A DNA stretch of 64,000 nt from a virus: positions 8,671 through 72,670 of IMG/VR virus record IMGVR_UViG_3300028115_001726; one strand, written 5' to 3'. Both the position numbers and the translations under genes were made by a program. Under the pieces are notes generated by a model that made no database searches, had not been told where the DNA came from, and saw only the letters and a program-made list of their open reading frames with translations. How positions within the stretch are numbered: position 1 is the stretch's first letter; each line of letters begins with the position of its first letter. Of the stretch, positions 31,386 through 41,702 are shown piece after piece.

Positions 31386-32761
31386 CAGACTTTTTAGAAT
31401 TATTTAATAACAGACTAAAAGCAGAAGCAACAGAAACTTTTTGTGCGTTGCCTTGGATACACATGGCCACACGTCCAAATGGAGATATGCGGTTGTGCTG
31501 TAGTGCTAACGCCAGCGGAGCAGGCACAGATCATACAGTGGGTATTGTAAAAGACGATAGCGGACAGCATATAAACTTTGCGTCAACATCTCCTATGGAA
31601 GCATGGAACAGCGAATACATGCGTGGTGTAAGACGTACCATGATGGATGGTAAAATACCTGCTAGTTGTACAAAGTGTTTTGCTGAAGAATCAAAGGGTG
31701 TAGTAAGCAAACGTGTGTGGGAAACAGGAACCTGGATGGAACGTGGTCTTGATATACAAGATTTATTAAACGAAACACACAAAGATGGATACTACAAAGA
31801 AGAACTACAATATTTAGACCTGCGTCTTGGGCATACTTGTAATATCAAGTGTGTAATGTGTTCGCCACATGACAGCAGCAAGTGGGTAAAGGACTGGAAA
31901 GTATTAGAGCCACAGCTAAAAGATCTAGAAGTCAAGAGACAGATGCAATGGGATAAATCTGCTTTCAACAACAAGTGGCACGAACAAGAAATATTCTGGG
32001 ACGATCTATACAAACAAATACCTAATCTACGTGAAGTATACTTTGCTGGCGGTGAGCCATTGATGATAAAAGAACACAAAAAGTTTATCGAAGAAATTGT
32101 TAGACAAGGCTATCATAAACGTATACGTTTACGCTATAATACAAATGGCATATTAGTTGATAAAGATTTAATTAATTTATGGAAACACTTTGAAATAGTA
32201 AAAGTAGGTGTTAGTATGGACGCTGCTGGACCACGTAACAACTACATACGGTTTCCAACAGACTGGGATACTGTAGAACGTAACTTACACATGTTGGATA
32301 ATACACCTGACAACATACGGCCAAGTATTGCCACTGCTATACAAATTTTTAACATTAAACATTTGCCAGACTTTATTCACTGGAAAATATCACAAGATTT
32401 TAAAAAAGTAAACACAGAAGAAATTCGTGGAGTAAAAGTCGGCGGCGGTCTAATCAATATGCACTTATTGTATATTCCAACATTTATGAGTATACAAATA
32501 TTACCAAAAGAGGACAAAGCAGAAATACGTGAACTGTTTGGAAAATTCAAAGAATTTTTATATGACAGTTGGACACAGGATCCTAACTTTTGGGAATTAA
32601 ATCCGTATGGTTGGAGACGTTGGGAAGCAATACTAAATCATATGGACGCCGAAGACAAGAGTCATCTGCTTCCGGGATTCAAAGAGTATGTAAACAAACT
32701 TGATGCTATTAGAGGAGTAAATGCTAAAGATGTATTTCCTGAATTAGCTCACTTGTTATGA
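31382..32761 (+). CDS. Radical SAM enzyme, class A
   Basis: CNIKCVMC, AGGEPL; N-terminal FCALPW...LCC...CTKC. Confidence 0.9.
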   Translation: MTDFLELFNNRLKAEATETFCALPWIHMATRPNGDMRLCCSANASGAGTDHTVGIVKDDSGQHINFASTSPMEAWNSEYMRGVRRTMMDGKIPASCTKCFAEESKGVVSKRVWETGTWMERGLDIQDLLNETHKDGYYKEELQYLDLRLGHTCNIKCVMCSPHDSSKWVKDWKVLEPQLKDLEVKRQMQWDKSAFNNKWHEQEIFWDDLYKQIPNLREVYFAGGEPLMIKEHKKFIEEIVRQGYHKRIRLRYNTNGILVDKDLINLWKHFEIVKVGVSMDAAGPRNNYIRFPTDWDTVERNLHMLDNTPDNIRPSIATAIQIFNIKHLPDFIHWKISQDFKKVNTEEIRGVKVGGGLINMHLLYIPTFMSIQILPKEDKAEIRELFGKFKEFLYDSWTQDPNFWELNPYGWRRWEAILNHMDAEDKSHLLPGFKEYVNKLDAIRGVNAKDVFPELAHLL

Positions 32762-33666
32762 TATCTATAAAAAATTACGATACAGATTTTGTCATTGAAT
32801 TAGACTTGGGCAACACTTGTAATTACAAGTGTAATTATTGTTTTCCAGGTGCTAACGAAGGCACAGTGCGTTGGCCTAATGTAGATAGATTAGAAACAGC
32901 ACTGCTGAAATATATCAAACAACACGACAGACCTACTAGACTGTATTTGATAGGCGGTGAGCCTACACTGTGGAAACACTTGCCAAGGCTGTGTAATACA
33001 CTTAAAATGGCACACAACATCAAAATATGTTTAAGTACTAATGCTAGTCAAAGCCTAAATTGGTGGAAAAGGCATTGGCATTGTTTTGATGTGGTCCATA
33101 TTAGTTTACATCACGAGGCAGGAGATGCTGCTCATTGTTTAGGTGTTGCCGAACTATTATACGATTATAAAGTTGAAACAAACATTGATGTGTTAATGGA
33201 TCCTGACCACTTTGGGCGCTGTAAGACGCTTGTAGACGCTGTAACAGGCGGTTGGAAGCCGTTTCCTGTGCTTGCTAAGACTGTTTTGTATAACGGCGAA
33301 CACCGCTATAACGAAGAACAACTTGAGTATGTGCGTGATCCAATCAAACAATATCCTGATATGGATTGGTATACGGAAGTTCAACGCAAGCCAAGAACTG
33401 AATTCAGTATAGACGGCGAAGCACACACAGACGACAACTACTTTGTGGTAAACAACCTCAATCACTTTGAGGGTTGGCAGTGTAATTTAGGTGTTGATAT
33501 TGTTAAAATAGATAGACAGGGCAACGTTGGCGGCAATTGCGGAACTGACCTTGGTTACAATATATATGATTTACCCGATATTGATATAGCACCTGTAAAA
33601 TGTAGTAAATACACTTGTCCATGTAGCGGCGAAACAATAACCACCAAGTGGAGAGCACATGCCTGA
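32758..33666 (+). CDS. Radical SAM enzyme, class B
   Basis: CNYKCNYC, IGGEPT; FEGWQC...GNC...CSKYTCPC. Confidence 0.9.
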   Translation: MISIKNYDTDFVIELDLGNTCNYKCNYCFPGANEGTVRWPNVDRLETALLKYIKQHDRPTRLYLIGGEPTLWKHLPRLCNTLKMAHNIKICLSTNASQSLNWWKRHWHCFDVVHISLHHEAGDAAHCLGVAELLYDYKVETNIDVLMDPDHFGRCKTLVDAVTGGWKPFPVLAKTVLYNGEHRYNEEQLEYVRDPIKQYPDMDWYTEVQRKPRTEFSIDGEAHTDDNYFVVNNLNHFEGWQCNLGVDIVKIDRQGNVGGNCGTDLGYNIYDLPDIDIAPVKCSKYTCPCSGETITTKWRAHA

Positions 33667-34714
33667 GTTTGATACACTAATACCACAAGAAGATAGAATA
33701 TTCCAAATTGCTTGGGAAAGCACATTGAAATGTAATCTCGATTGTGCGTATTGTGGAGACGGGCATGACAACAAAACAGAACATCCTAGTTTAGGCGAGT
33801 GTAATGAAACTGTAGATTTTATATTTCGCTATGTTGATCTCAAGATGTCCGAGCGTCCTGAATCGGCTAGACAAGCCAATTTAAATATACAAGGTGGCGA
33901 AAGTTTATTCCATCCTCACATAGTTGATATACTGAAATGGATAAACTTCAAAAGACAAAAATACGATTGGTATATGGGCATAGCATTTATAACAAATGCT
34001 GTGGTTGGTGCTAGACAGTGGACTCGTATAACTGAGTATGTTGACTACTATACTATTAGCTATCATGCCAGTGCGACACAAAAACAAAAAAATATTGTAA
34101 GGAAAAACATACAATATTGTGTAAAAAAACAAAAAAACTTTACTGTAAATATTATGATGGATCCAAGACATTGGAACGATTGTGTTGAAATGATTGAATG
34201 GTGTAAAAAACACAATATACCTCATCACGCAAGACAATTGGACCATCATTGGTTAGATATGCGGTGGAACTATTCTGCTAAACAAGCTGAATATCTTTTA
34301 GGCAAAAAAATTACATTAAAAGATAAATTATCTCACGCTTTTGTAAAAGGATTAAATTTAAGCGCAGAAGGTAGAGCTTGTTGTGGCAACAAAACACTGT
34401 GCGCCAGCGGTTGTTATACAAAATATGTTGATAATAAATTTAAAAACTGGCATTGTAGTGTAGCAGATCATTTCTTATATATTAGACAAACTACAGGTGA
34501 AGTTTTTACTAATAAAGATTGTAAAATGAATTACCAAAATTCAATCGGTCCAATTGGGTATTTGTCAGACACTAACAAAATTATAAAAGAAGCACACAAT
34601 CGTGGTATAGTGTGTAAAAAGTCTAGTTGTTGGTGTGGTATATGTGCGCCTAAGGCACGAACTAAAGTAAAGTTTGATGCCATGATGGCAGATTTAAACA
34701 GTCAAAATCAGTAA
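33659..34714 (+). CDS. Radical SAM enzyme, class B (extra CCG insert)
   Basis: CNLDCAYC, QGGES; ACCG...FKNWHC...CKKSSCWCGIC. Confidence 0.9.
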   Translation: MPEFDTLIPQEDRIFQIAWESTLKCNLDCAYCGDGHDNKTEHPSLGECNETVDFIFRYVDLKMSERPESARQANLNIQGGESLFHPHIVDILKWINFKRQKYDWYMGIAFITNAVVGARQWTRITEYVDYYTISYHASATQKQKNIVRKNIQYCVKKQKNFTVNIMMDPRHWNDCVEMIEWCKKHNIPHHARQLDHHWLDMRWNYSAKQAEYLLGKKITLKDKLSHAFVKGLNLSAEGRACCGNKTLCASGCYTKYVDNKFKNWHCSVADHFLYIRQTTGEVFTNKDCKMNYQNSIGPIGYLSDTNKIIKEAHNRGIVCKKSSCWCGICAPKARTKVKFDAMMADLNSQNQ

Positions 34715-35819
34715 GAACTAAATCCTTAACCAATCCTGTTTCGGCACACCAAGGTTGTATACCCTCTGCTGCTCTTTGATCAAATATTACAGTCGCATCA
34801 CCCAATTCTTGTTGTAAAGCAAGTATCAATTTATTTTCTTGCGCAACTCTATAACGCATACTGTACATAGCAGCAGTACCTTCATAACAAAACACATTGC
34901 TCATGTCAATTACTGTGCCTTGCGGATTGTCTTTAGGTATATGCGCTACAAACTGTTCAGGTGTGTTTATAGGATCAACATGTATGCCGCCACCTGCTGC
35001 TTCTAGTGCTGCGAGATTGTAATCATAGTAAATGTGTTCAGCAGCAGGGCCACGTTGTTCTGCGGCAAGTGGATTAGCAGGTGCTACAAGACGCATAATA
35101 GGTGTATCATATACTCTTGGATAGTCAGGCTTTCCTGTTGCTTGTGTATGTACGTGTGTAGTTAAACAGTAATTGTATTTTTGATAGATATAACTGCTGG
35201 TTTCTCCGCCTCTGTATTGATAAAACTTGCCGCCACGTTGATCTTCAGAATATGCTTCAATAGTATAATGATTGTCTAGCAGGGTTTTGATTAAATTCCA
35301 ACCTGCCTGTTTGTGTTTGTACGTTACTTCTATTTTACCTGCGCCAATCCATGTAGGCAAATAGTCATCGTGTATGCTACCGTGACTTCGCATTGGTTCA
35401 AGTGCCTGGTAATCCGTAAAGAACTGTGGTTTTCCAAACTCTGGACAGTCTAGATCTATATATGTTTGTAAGTCAATGCTGAAACACTGCGGGTGTATTC
35501 CATAATAGGCATCACCTCCGTCCAGTATGTGACACAGCAAATCATATTCTTCAGGATGTGTCTCAAAAAACTGTGTGCCGTTAATGAATTCTGTGCCAGC
35601 ACTTATTACCACAGCATGGTCGTATTTAGCACAGGCTGATTGTAGTAGTTTGTCTACACTAGCGTCTTCGAACACAGTGTAACCCATGCCAGTTAAGTTA
35701 CTAATTGTGTAGTCAGCACGATTTACTACTAGTTGCTTGTCTACAGTGTATTCAGCAACATCGTTTACAATACATACACAAGTATCTTTATCAGTAAATT
35801 TGCTTTGATATACGTTCAT
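34662..35819 (-). CDS. Hypothetical protein
   Basis: 385 aa ORF overlapping the upstream oxygenase gene; LCHILD...YYGIHPQC segment, function not recognised. Confidence 0.6.
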   Translation of the reverse strand: MNVYQSKFTDKDTCVCIVNDVAEYTVDKQLVVNRADYTISNLTGMGYTVFEDASVDKLLQSACAKYDHAVVISAGTEFINGTQFFETHPEEYDLLCHILDGGDAYYGIHPQCFSIDLQTYIDLDCPEFGKPQFFTDYQALEPMRSHGSIHDDYLPTWIGAGKIEVTYKHKQAGWNLIKTLLDNHYTIEAYSEDQRGGKFYQYRGGETSSYIYQKYNYCLTTHVHTQATGKPDYPRVYDTPIMRLVAPANPLAAEQRGPAAEHIYYDYNLAALEAAGGGIHVDPINTPEQFVAHIPKDNPQGTVIDMSNVFCYEGTAAMYSMRYRVAQENKLILALQQELGDATVIFDQRAAEGIQPWCAETGLVKDLVLTDFDCLNLPSWHQTLL

Positions 35820-36540
35820 GTTGTTTACGATAACTATCTACAATTAGTTCACAGTATTCTTTTTTTCTATTGCCTAAATAGCAATGAGCTATTAAATGTA
35901 TTCTATCTTTTTCACTATTGTTTACTACACTATGGTCGTTAAAAATATTACACATTATCATCTTTCCAGACTTAAAGGGTACTACTCCAGAATCTTTGAT
36001 TGTCATGTGACATTCGTCAGGATGATCAATTGCTATGTTTACAGGAATAGGCCAATCAAATAAATTTTCACTTGTAACAAACGGTGAGTAATCATTATGA
36101 GGAGATATATATCCACCTGCTTCCAATTTCATAAACCTAATTCGGGCATAAGTTTCAGCTGGAAAAACAGACTTAAAAAATAATTTAATTTTTTTTGTTT
36201 TATTACCTAAAGATGTCCAGTTATAATTAGGTTCTTTTTCGTATCCGTAAGTTTGCCAAACATTTGTCTTATCTACATCAATACCATGTAGTACACAACT
36301 ACTCCAGCCTCGATGTGTTCCTTCGCCTGTAGATTCATCTCTGTGTGCTACATAATAAGGCTCAGCAAGTTTGCTATCCGATAACCAACCTTTAGTATTA
36401 AATAAACAATCTAATTCTAAGTATTGATATCCATGTCCACTAATAATCCATTTTGTTTGATCTTCTAAACTGTAATCTGGAAGTGGTTTTGGTTCTAATA
36501 CAGCATTGCGATGCTGATTATAAAATTTTATATGATCCAT
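35791..36540 (-). CDS. Asp/Asn beta-hydroxylase-like Fe(II)/2OG oxygenase
   Basis: RIRFMKLEAGGYISPHND (HxD)...HSVVNNSEKDRIHLI (distal His, Arg). Confidence 0.75.
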   Translation of the reverse strand: MDHIKFYNQHRNAVLEPKPLPDYSLEDQTKWIISGHGYQYLELDCLFNTKGWLSDSKLAEPYYVAHRDESTGEGTHRGWSSCVLHGIDVDKTNVWQTYGYEKEPNYNWTSLGNKTKKIKLFFKSVFPAETYARIRFMKLEAGGYISPHNDYSPFVTSENLFDWPIPVNIAIDHPDECHMTIKDSGVVPFKSGKMIMCNIFNDHSVVNNSEKDRIHLIAHCYLGNRKKEYCELIVDSYRKQHERISKQIY

Positions 36541-36578
36541 ATGGTATTTATATCATTAACTACGCATATAAATAAAAA
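36541..36578. promoter_or_regulatory. Back-to-back TATAAATA late promoters, both leaderless, with central palindrome
   Basis: Minus strand TATAAATA-N4-ATG(36540); plus strand TATAAATA(36567-36574)-N4-GTG(36579); TTA-AC-TACGCA-TA-TAA at 36556-36571. Confidence 0.7.
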
Positions 36579-37625
36579 GTGTTTAGTTTTACAGATCTCA
36601 AAAGCGTCCACATAGAAATATCAAATCGTTGTCAGGCACAGTGTCCTATGTGTAGCCGTAACCACCATGGCGGAATAGGAAATCCTTTACTTACAGAAAG
36701 CGATTGGACTATTGAAGACTTTATACATATATTTACAGAAGAAGTAAAACAACAAATAGAAAAAATAACATTTTGTGGTAATTTTGGCGATCCGTTGCTT
36801 AATTTTCATTTAGTAAAAATGCTTGATTATGTTAAAAACGACGATATTTATATTGATATACATACTAATGGTAGTTTACGTAATCACACATTTTGGAAAG
36901 AATTACCAAACCATTTGCCAGCAGCACACAAAGTTGTATTTGCGTTAGACGGTTTAGCTGATACACACAGCAGATATCGAATAAACACAGATTTCAATAA
37001 AATAATTGACAACGCTCGTTCGTTTATAGCAGCAGGCGGTACTGCCGAATGGAGTATGATAAGGTTTAAACACAATGCGCATCAAGTATCGGCAGCAAAA
37101 GAAGTTTCTAAGTATTATGGATTTAAATATTTTACAGTTAAAGATAGCAGCCGTTTTGCTTTTGATGATAAATTTGCGGTATTAAATAAATTTGGTAAAA
37201 CTGTGGATACATTAGAACCATACCAAGAAGTAAGTCCTATTTCTCCTGAACTTATACCTACTTTAGTAGATCAAACAATTATTGATTGTTGGGCTAAAAA
37301 GCAGTGCGAAGTTTACATTGATGCGCATCTTGATTTAATGCCTTGCTGTTTCTTAGCCAGTATTCCTTATAATTGGCATAATAAAAAAGATCCATTATAC
37401 GAAGCTAAAGAGATAACAAAAGCTCAATATGAAAACCTTATATTTGATATGGGTAATACAAATTTAAAAAATACTTCGATAAAAAATATTATAAGTAAGC
37501 CTGGTTACACAAGTGTATGGAAACGTTACTGGACTACGCAAAAATTATATACTTGTGCTAGGACTTGCGGAAATTTAGTTGCTACACCTAGCGAACAATT
37601 TGTTGAAAAACTTCAAGTGACTTAG
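36579..37625 (+). CDS. Radical SAM enzyme, GNxGDP variant with C-terminal Twitch (class C)
   Basis: CQAQCPMC, CGNFGDP; C-terminal C...PCC...CARTC. Confidence 0.85.
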   Translation: MFSFTDLKSVHIEISNRCQAQCPMCSRNHHGGIGNPLLTESDWTIEDFIHIFTEEVKQQIEKITFCGNFGDPLLNFHLVKMLDYVKNDDIYIDIHTNGSLRNHTFWKELPNHLPAAHKVVFALDGLADTHSRYRINTDFNKIIDNARSFIAAGGTAEWSMIRFKHNAHQVSAAKEVSKYYGFKYFTVKDSSRFAFDDKFAVLNKFGKTVDTLEPYQEVSPISPELIPTLVDQTIIDCWAKKQCEVYIDAHLDLMPCCFLASIPYNWHNKKDPLYEAKEITKAQYENLIFDMGNTNLKNTSIKNIISKPGYTSVWKRYWTTQKLYTCARTCGNLVATPSEQFVEKLQVT

Positions 37626-38640
37626 CTTTAGGTACACACATACCGCAACCGCATCTATTGTGTGGACATTTTATTATTCTATCGCGATTTTCATAGGCAT
37701 AATTTAATATTCCATCAGGATTACTTAAACGTCCTATTGGGCCTTTTCGTCCACTAAAACTTGTTTGACAAGTTTGGTGATGATAAACTTTTCCTGTATG
37801 TTGATCAATATGTAAAAAATACTTGTTTACAGCACAATACCAATCTTTAAAATTAGTGTTCACAGCTTCTACTTTATTCCAGCATCCGTTACAGCTTCCT
37901 TGTATACTTCTAGCACCACAACAGCCTCTAGGCAATTCATATCCTTCTTTTACACGTTCAACTAAATCAATTGACAAACCTTTTTCTTTAAGATACCATT
38001 GTTGCTGTTCTATTGTATAAGGATGACTGGTCCTGCGTTTGACACCTTCAGTATCCTCAAACCAATCTGTAATTCCTACTATCCCGTCGCCTATTATCGT
38101 TGGTTTGCTATCAATACCGTGCGCCTTTAATTTTTCATGTACTTCTACACATTCATTCCAGTGATCAGCGTGCATCATTACATTTACTGTATTCCAAATA
38201 CCTGCGTCATGTACTAATATAGCGTTATTTACTGTGCGTTCTTTACTAAAAAGTGCTGCTTCGGCATGATAACTTAGTGTTATGCCTACAAAGTTTTGCT
38301 TAATAAAATCAATATGCTTTTCTGGCCATGTGCCGTTGCTGGTCATGCCAACTTGAAACTCAGTTTCATTGTTTATTTTTTCTACAAAGTCCCAAAACTT
38401 TGGATTAACTGTTGGTTCCCCTCCGGTAAATCCTATATTAGCATTTGGTTGTTTATATAATGATGTGTATTGTTTAACAAATGACAATGTGTCACATAAT
38501 TCATTCCAACTTGTAGGCGGGCTATAAGTGTTATGCCTAGTGCTTTCGCAGTAAGTACAATCAAAATTACAACGTCTACCAATATCCCATGTAACCATCA
38601 TAGGTTCAGGATTGGTTAATTTTATAGCATCTACTTCCAT
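37588..38640 (-). CDS. Radical SAM enzyme, class B (extra CCG insert)
   Basis: CNFDCTYC, TGGEPT; GCCG...FKDWYC...CPHNRCGCGMC. Confidence 0.9.
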   Translation of the reverse strand: MEVDAIKLTNPEPMMVTWDIGRRCNFDCTYCESTRHNTYSPPTSWNELCDTLSFVKQYTSLYKQPNANIGFTGGEPTVNPKFWDFVEKINNETEFQVGMTSNGTWPEKHIDFIKQNFVGITLSYHAEAALFSKERTVNNAILVHDAGIWNTVNVMMHADHWNECVEVHEKLKAHGIDSKPTIIGDGIVGITDWFEDTEGVKRRTSHPYTIEQQQWYLKEKGLSIDLVERVKEGYELPRGCCGARSIQGSCNGCWNKVEAVNTNFKDWYCAVNKYFLHIDQHTGKVYHHQTCQTSFSGRKGPIGRLSNPDGILNYAYENRDRIIKCPHNRCGCGMCVPKAKSLEVFQQIVR

Positions 38641-39527
38641 TTAGTTATATTCACATCAGCAGCACATGTACACCAATCTCTAGTACAAATTATAGGAACA
38701 TCGGGACGTTCAAAACTTCCATTATATATGTTTCCTAAACTTCCACCAACTCTACATGTAGCTCTATGTACTTCTCCATCCCAATTTATCATTAAACTTT
38801 CTATACCAGCTCTACATTGCCATCCCTTAAACATATTTAATTTTTCTTTAAGTAAATCGTTTGTGTGCATCAAATCTTTACTGTCAACAAGAGTGTTAGG
38901 TTTAGCTGTTGTTTCTGTGCTTTTTATCCATTCTAAATCTTTAAGTTCATACCGCATATCGTCAAACCAGTCATGACGTTCGGTCCATCGTATGCGTCTA
39001 ATACTAAAAGCAATATTATGTTCAGTAAGTAATCTAGTTGCTAGTTTTACTTCTTTCATTAACTCGTGATGTGCCATTATCATTACATGAAAGTCTTTAG
39101 AATGTTTTATACCACCTACTGTGCCAGCAAAATATAAAATAGTGTCAAGTCTTTTACGCCAGTCTTTATCTTCAATATGTAAGCTGAACACTATGTAATT
39201 GACTGGCAGTTGTAAGTAGTATTCTGCTTTTCTAGTAGCGTTAGTTGTAACACTTAACCAATTAATTTTAGGACGAGCATACTCAATCAAATATTCAAAC
39301 TGAGGATGAACGCACGGTTCACCACCTGTAAAACTAATACGTACATTTTTGATTTGAGAAAGTGTATCTACTGTTTCAAACAGTTTACCTATGTTTGTAT
39401 GAGGACTATGTTGATCATGTATTTCAGGAGGACAGTATGAACAGTCTAGGTTACAACGTTTACCTAAATTCCACTCAACTTTAACACTATCTCTATAGTG
39501 CGGCCACCTATTTTCTACACTAAACAT
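38631..39527 (-). CDS. Radical SAM enzyme, class B
   Basis: CNLDCSYC, TGGEPC; FKGWQC...ATC...CTRDWCTC. Confidence 0.9.
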   Translation of the reverse strand: MFSVENRWPHYRDSVKVEWNLGKRCNLDCSYCPPEIHDQHSPHTNIGKLFETVDTLSQIKNVRISFTGGEPCVHPQFEYLIEYARPKINWLSVTTNATRKAEYYLQLPVNYIVFSLHIEDKDWRKRLDTILYFAGTVGGIKHSKDFHVMIMAHHELMKEVKLATRLLTEHNIAFSIRRIRWTERHDWFDDMRYELKDLEWIKSTETTAKPNTLVDSKDLMHTNDLLKEKLNMFKGWQCRAGIESLMINWDGEVHRATCRVGGSLGNIYNGSFERPDVPIICTRDWCTCAADVNITKWK

Positions 39528-40459
39528 TTAGTAATATTAGTCTCCGGCATACAATTACATTCGCATTGAGTACAAACAACAGGTTGTAACGTAGGATTAA
39601 ATTTTTTATAAAATGTTTTTTGTCTAAAATTATAATTTTTATCTTTGCCAAATAAATGTTGTCCACATGTTCCACTTAATTCACCGTTTGGACTAATGTG
39701 TATCCAGTCTAGTCCTAAATTACATTTCCATCCTTTGAACTTATTAAGTTTATTTACTAAAATATAATTGTCTGGCACACGTTTTTTGTCTACATATATT
39801 TTAGTTGATTTATATTTGTTATTAATAAAAAACCATAAAGGATTAGCACTACGAGCTTTATGTTTCTTTAAAATAATCTTTTGTTTTTCTGTATATTCTT
39901 TATTGCTTAAAATTTCTGAATATCTAATAGTCCAGCGGTACTTGCTTTTCTTCATTTTTTCAATAGCTAAAATACATTTGTCCCAATCCAAAGGATCCAT
40001 CATTACACTAGCACTTACAATAACTTTGTTCTTATACAATAAATCAGCAACATTAATAAACGATTGTAAATTTGCTTGTCTATAATGATAGCTTAGGTGT
40101 ATTTTGTCAAAATATTTGGCAAATTTATTCCATAAGTCTAATTTTTTACTGCCATTGCTAGTCATGCTGATTAAACAGTTGTAATTGTCCTTAAGATATT
40201 TAATATAATCAAGAAGTTTTGGCCAGTGTGTTGGTTCACCTCCTACAAAATGAATGTCAAATTTAGTTTTACCTTGATTTTTATACCAATTAAGCAGTCT
40301 ATCTGTATTTTTAATTAATATATCGTAATTAAACCATTTGTGATTACCTTCGTGTGCGCCCTTAAAGCAATACCAGCATTGATAATTACAAATATTACCA
40401 ATACTCATATCTATCATTAACGTATCGTTATTGATATTATTTGTAACTTGCGTAATCAT
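39515..40459 (-). CDS. Radical SAM enzyme, class B
   Basis: CNYQCWYC, VGGEPT; FKGWKC...GTC...CTQCECNC. Confidence 0.9.
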   Translation of the reverse strand: MITQVTNNINNDTLMIDMSIGNICNYQCWYCFKGAHEGNHKWFNYDILIKNTDRLLNWYKNQGKTKFDIHFVGGEPTHWPKLLDYIKYLKDNYNCLISMTSNGSKKLDLWNKFAKYFDKIHLSYHYRQANLQSFINVADLLYKNKVIVSASVMMDPLDWDKCILAIEKMKKSKYRWTIRYSEILSNKEYTEKQKIILKKHKARSANPLWFFINNKYKSTKIYVDKKRVPDNYILVNKLNKFKGWKCNLGLDWIHISPNGELSGTCGQHLFGKDKNYNFRQKTFYKKFNPTLQPVVCTQCECNCMPETNITKCLV

Positions 40460-41702
40460 CTATCAAACTTTCAAAACTTCTTTGTCCGCGACTCACATCA
40501 AGTCTGCGATTGAACTCTAAAGTTTGCGGCCACTTGTCGCTTAAATCTCTAGCAGTCAAAAAGTTAATATTGTCCTGTATCTGTTGTAGTGTAATAGGCA
40601 GTAATCTTTTGTCTACGCTCATAATAGGGTAGTCAACTACTTGTGCTTTAAGCATCTCTAGTTGCCGTATAATTCTTGTCTTATATTTGTTTGGTAAGCA
40701 TTGCGCACTTAATACGTTTGGATAGTTTACTCTATGCGAGTAAAACACAATGCCCATTTTGTTTAAAAAGTAATCAATTATATCAGATAATTGTAAAGCA
40801 TTTCCTGCTTGTACTGTACATGCTCCTACAACATAATCAACATTAGGAAAACTTTGGAATATTTTTACTGTTTCTTCTACTTGTGTAAAGTCACCGTTGC
40901 CTCTTATATGATCGTATACATCGTGTATACCGTCTATGCTTACATTAACACTTACTTTCCTAAACTTAGGCCAATAGTCGTGTATTGTCCTTCCGCCTTT
41001 TATACCAGTCACTGTGCCGTTTGTAGCATATTTTATCTCTATGTTTTTTCCATACGGTGCTAACATATCCAATATACGATAATGTGTAGGGTCCATTAAT
41101 GGCTCTCCGCCAGCAAACTCTACTCTACGGAAATAAGGTAATAGTTTTTCAATGTTATTCCAAAAATCTACTTTGTCATTAAATAAATCAATATAAGGAG
41201 CTTCAGTAAGTCCTAGTTTTCTTACTGTATCGTATAGATAATTTCCTTCATCCTTATAAAAGTTTTCAACTTCTTTCCAGTCTTTCCATTGTGTGCTATC
41301 TAAAGGATTACACATGCGGCATTTTAAATTACATAAGTTATTAATTTTTATTTCTATTGTAGGAAATTCAAATGGCATACTCCAATCTGTACGTAACGAT
41401 TCAAGCGCATCAGGATATAAGTTTATTCGTGCTTCGGGAAAGCTATCACGTATGTGCCTTTGTCTTAAACTCTCGACACCTTGATCCTCTAAGTTAAAAC
41501 ACGGGGCACAAACGTCTGGTCTCTCATTTGAAAGCACTTGTTTACGTACTTCACGCATTGTACCATTATTCCAAACTTCTTCCAAAGTACTATCTTGTAT
41601 CCATCCAATAGGTAAACTACGACAACATACTTTGATAGCACCATCTTCTCTAGTAGCAAGTCCTGTAAACGGATGTAAGCAAAAAGTTTTACTTGGATGC
41701 AT
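40437..41702 (-). CDS. Radical SAM enzyme, class A
   Basis: CNLKCRMC, AGGEPL; N-terminal FCLHPF...VCC...CAPC. Start reassigned to ATG 41702 (MHPSKTFC) by analogy with paralogs. Confidence 0.9.
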   Translation of the reverse strand: MHPSKTFCLHPFTGLATREDGAIKVCCRSLPIGWIQDSTLEEVWNNGTMREVRKQVLSNERPDVCAPCFNLEDQGVESLRQRHIRDSFPEARINLYPDALESLRTDWSMPFEFPTIEIKINNLCNLKCRMCNPLDSTQWKDWKEVENFYKDEGNYLYDTVRKLGLTEAPYIDLFNDKVDFWNNIEKLLPYFRRVEFAGGEPLMDPTHYRILDMLAPYGKNIEIKYATNGTVTGIKGGRTIHDYWPKFRKVSVNVSIDGIHDVYDHIRGNGDFTQVEETVKIFQSFPNVDYVVGACTVQAGNALQLSDIIDYFLNKMGIVFYSHRVNYPNVLSAQCLPNKYKTRIIRQLEMLKAQVVDYPIMSVDKRLLPITLQQIQDNINFLTARDLSDKWPQTLEFNRRLDVSRGQRSFESLIDDYASYK

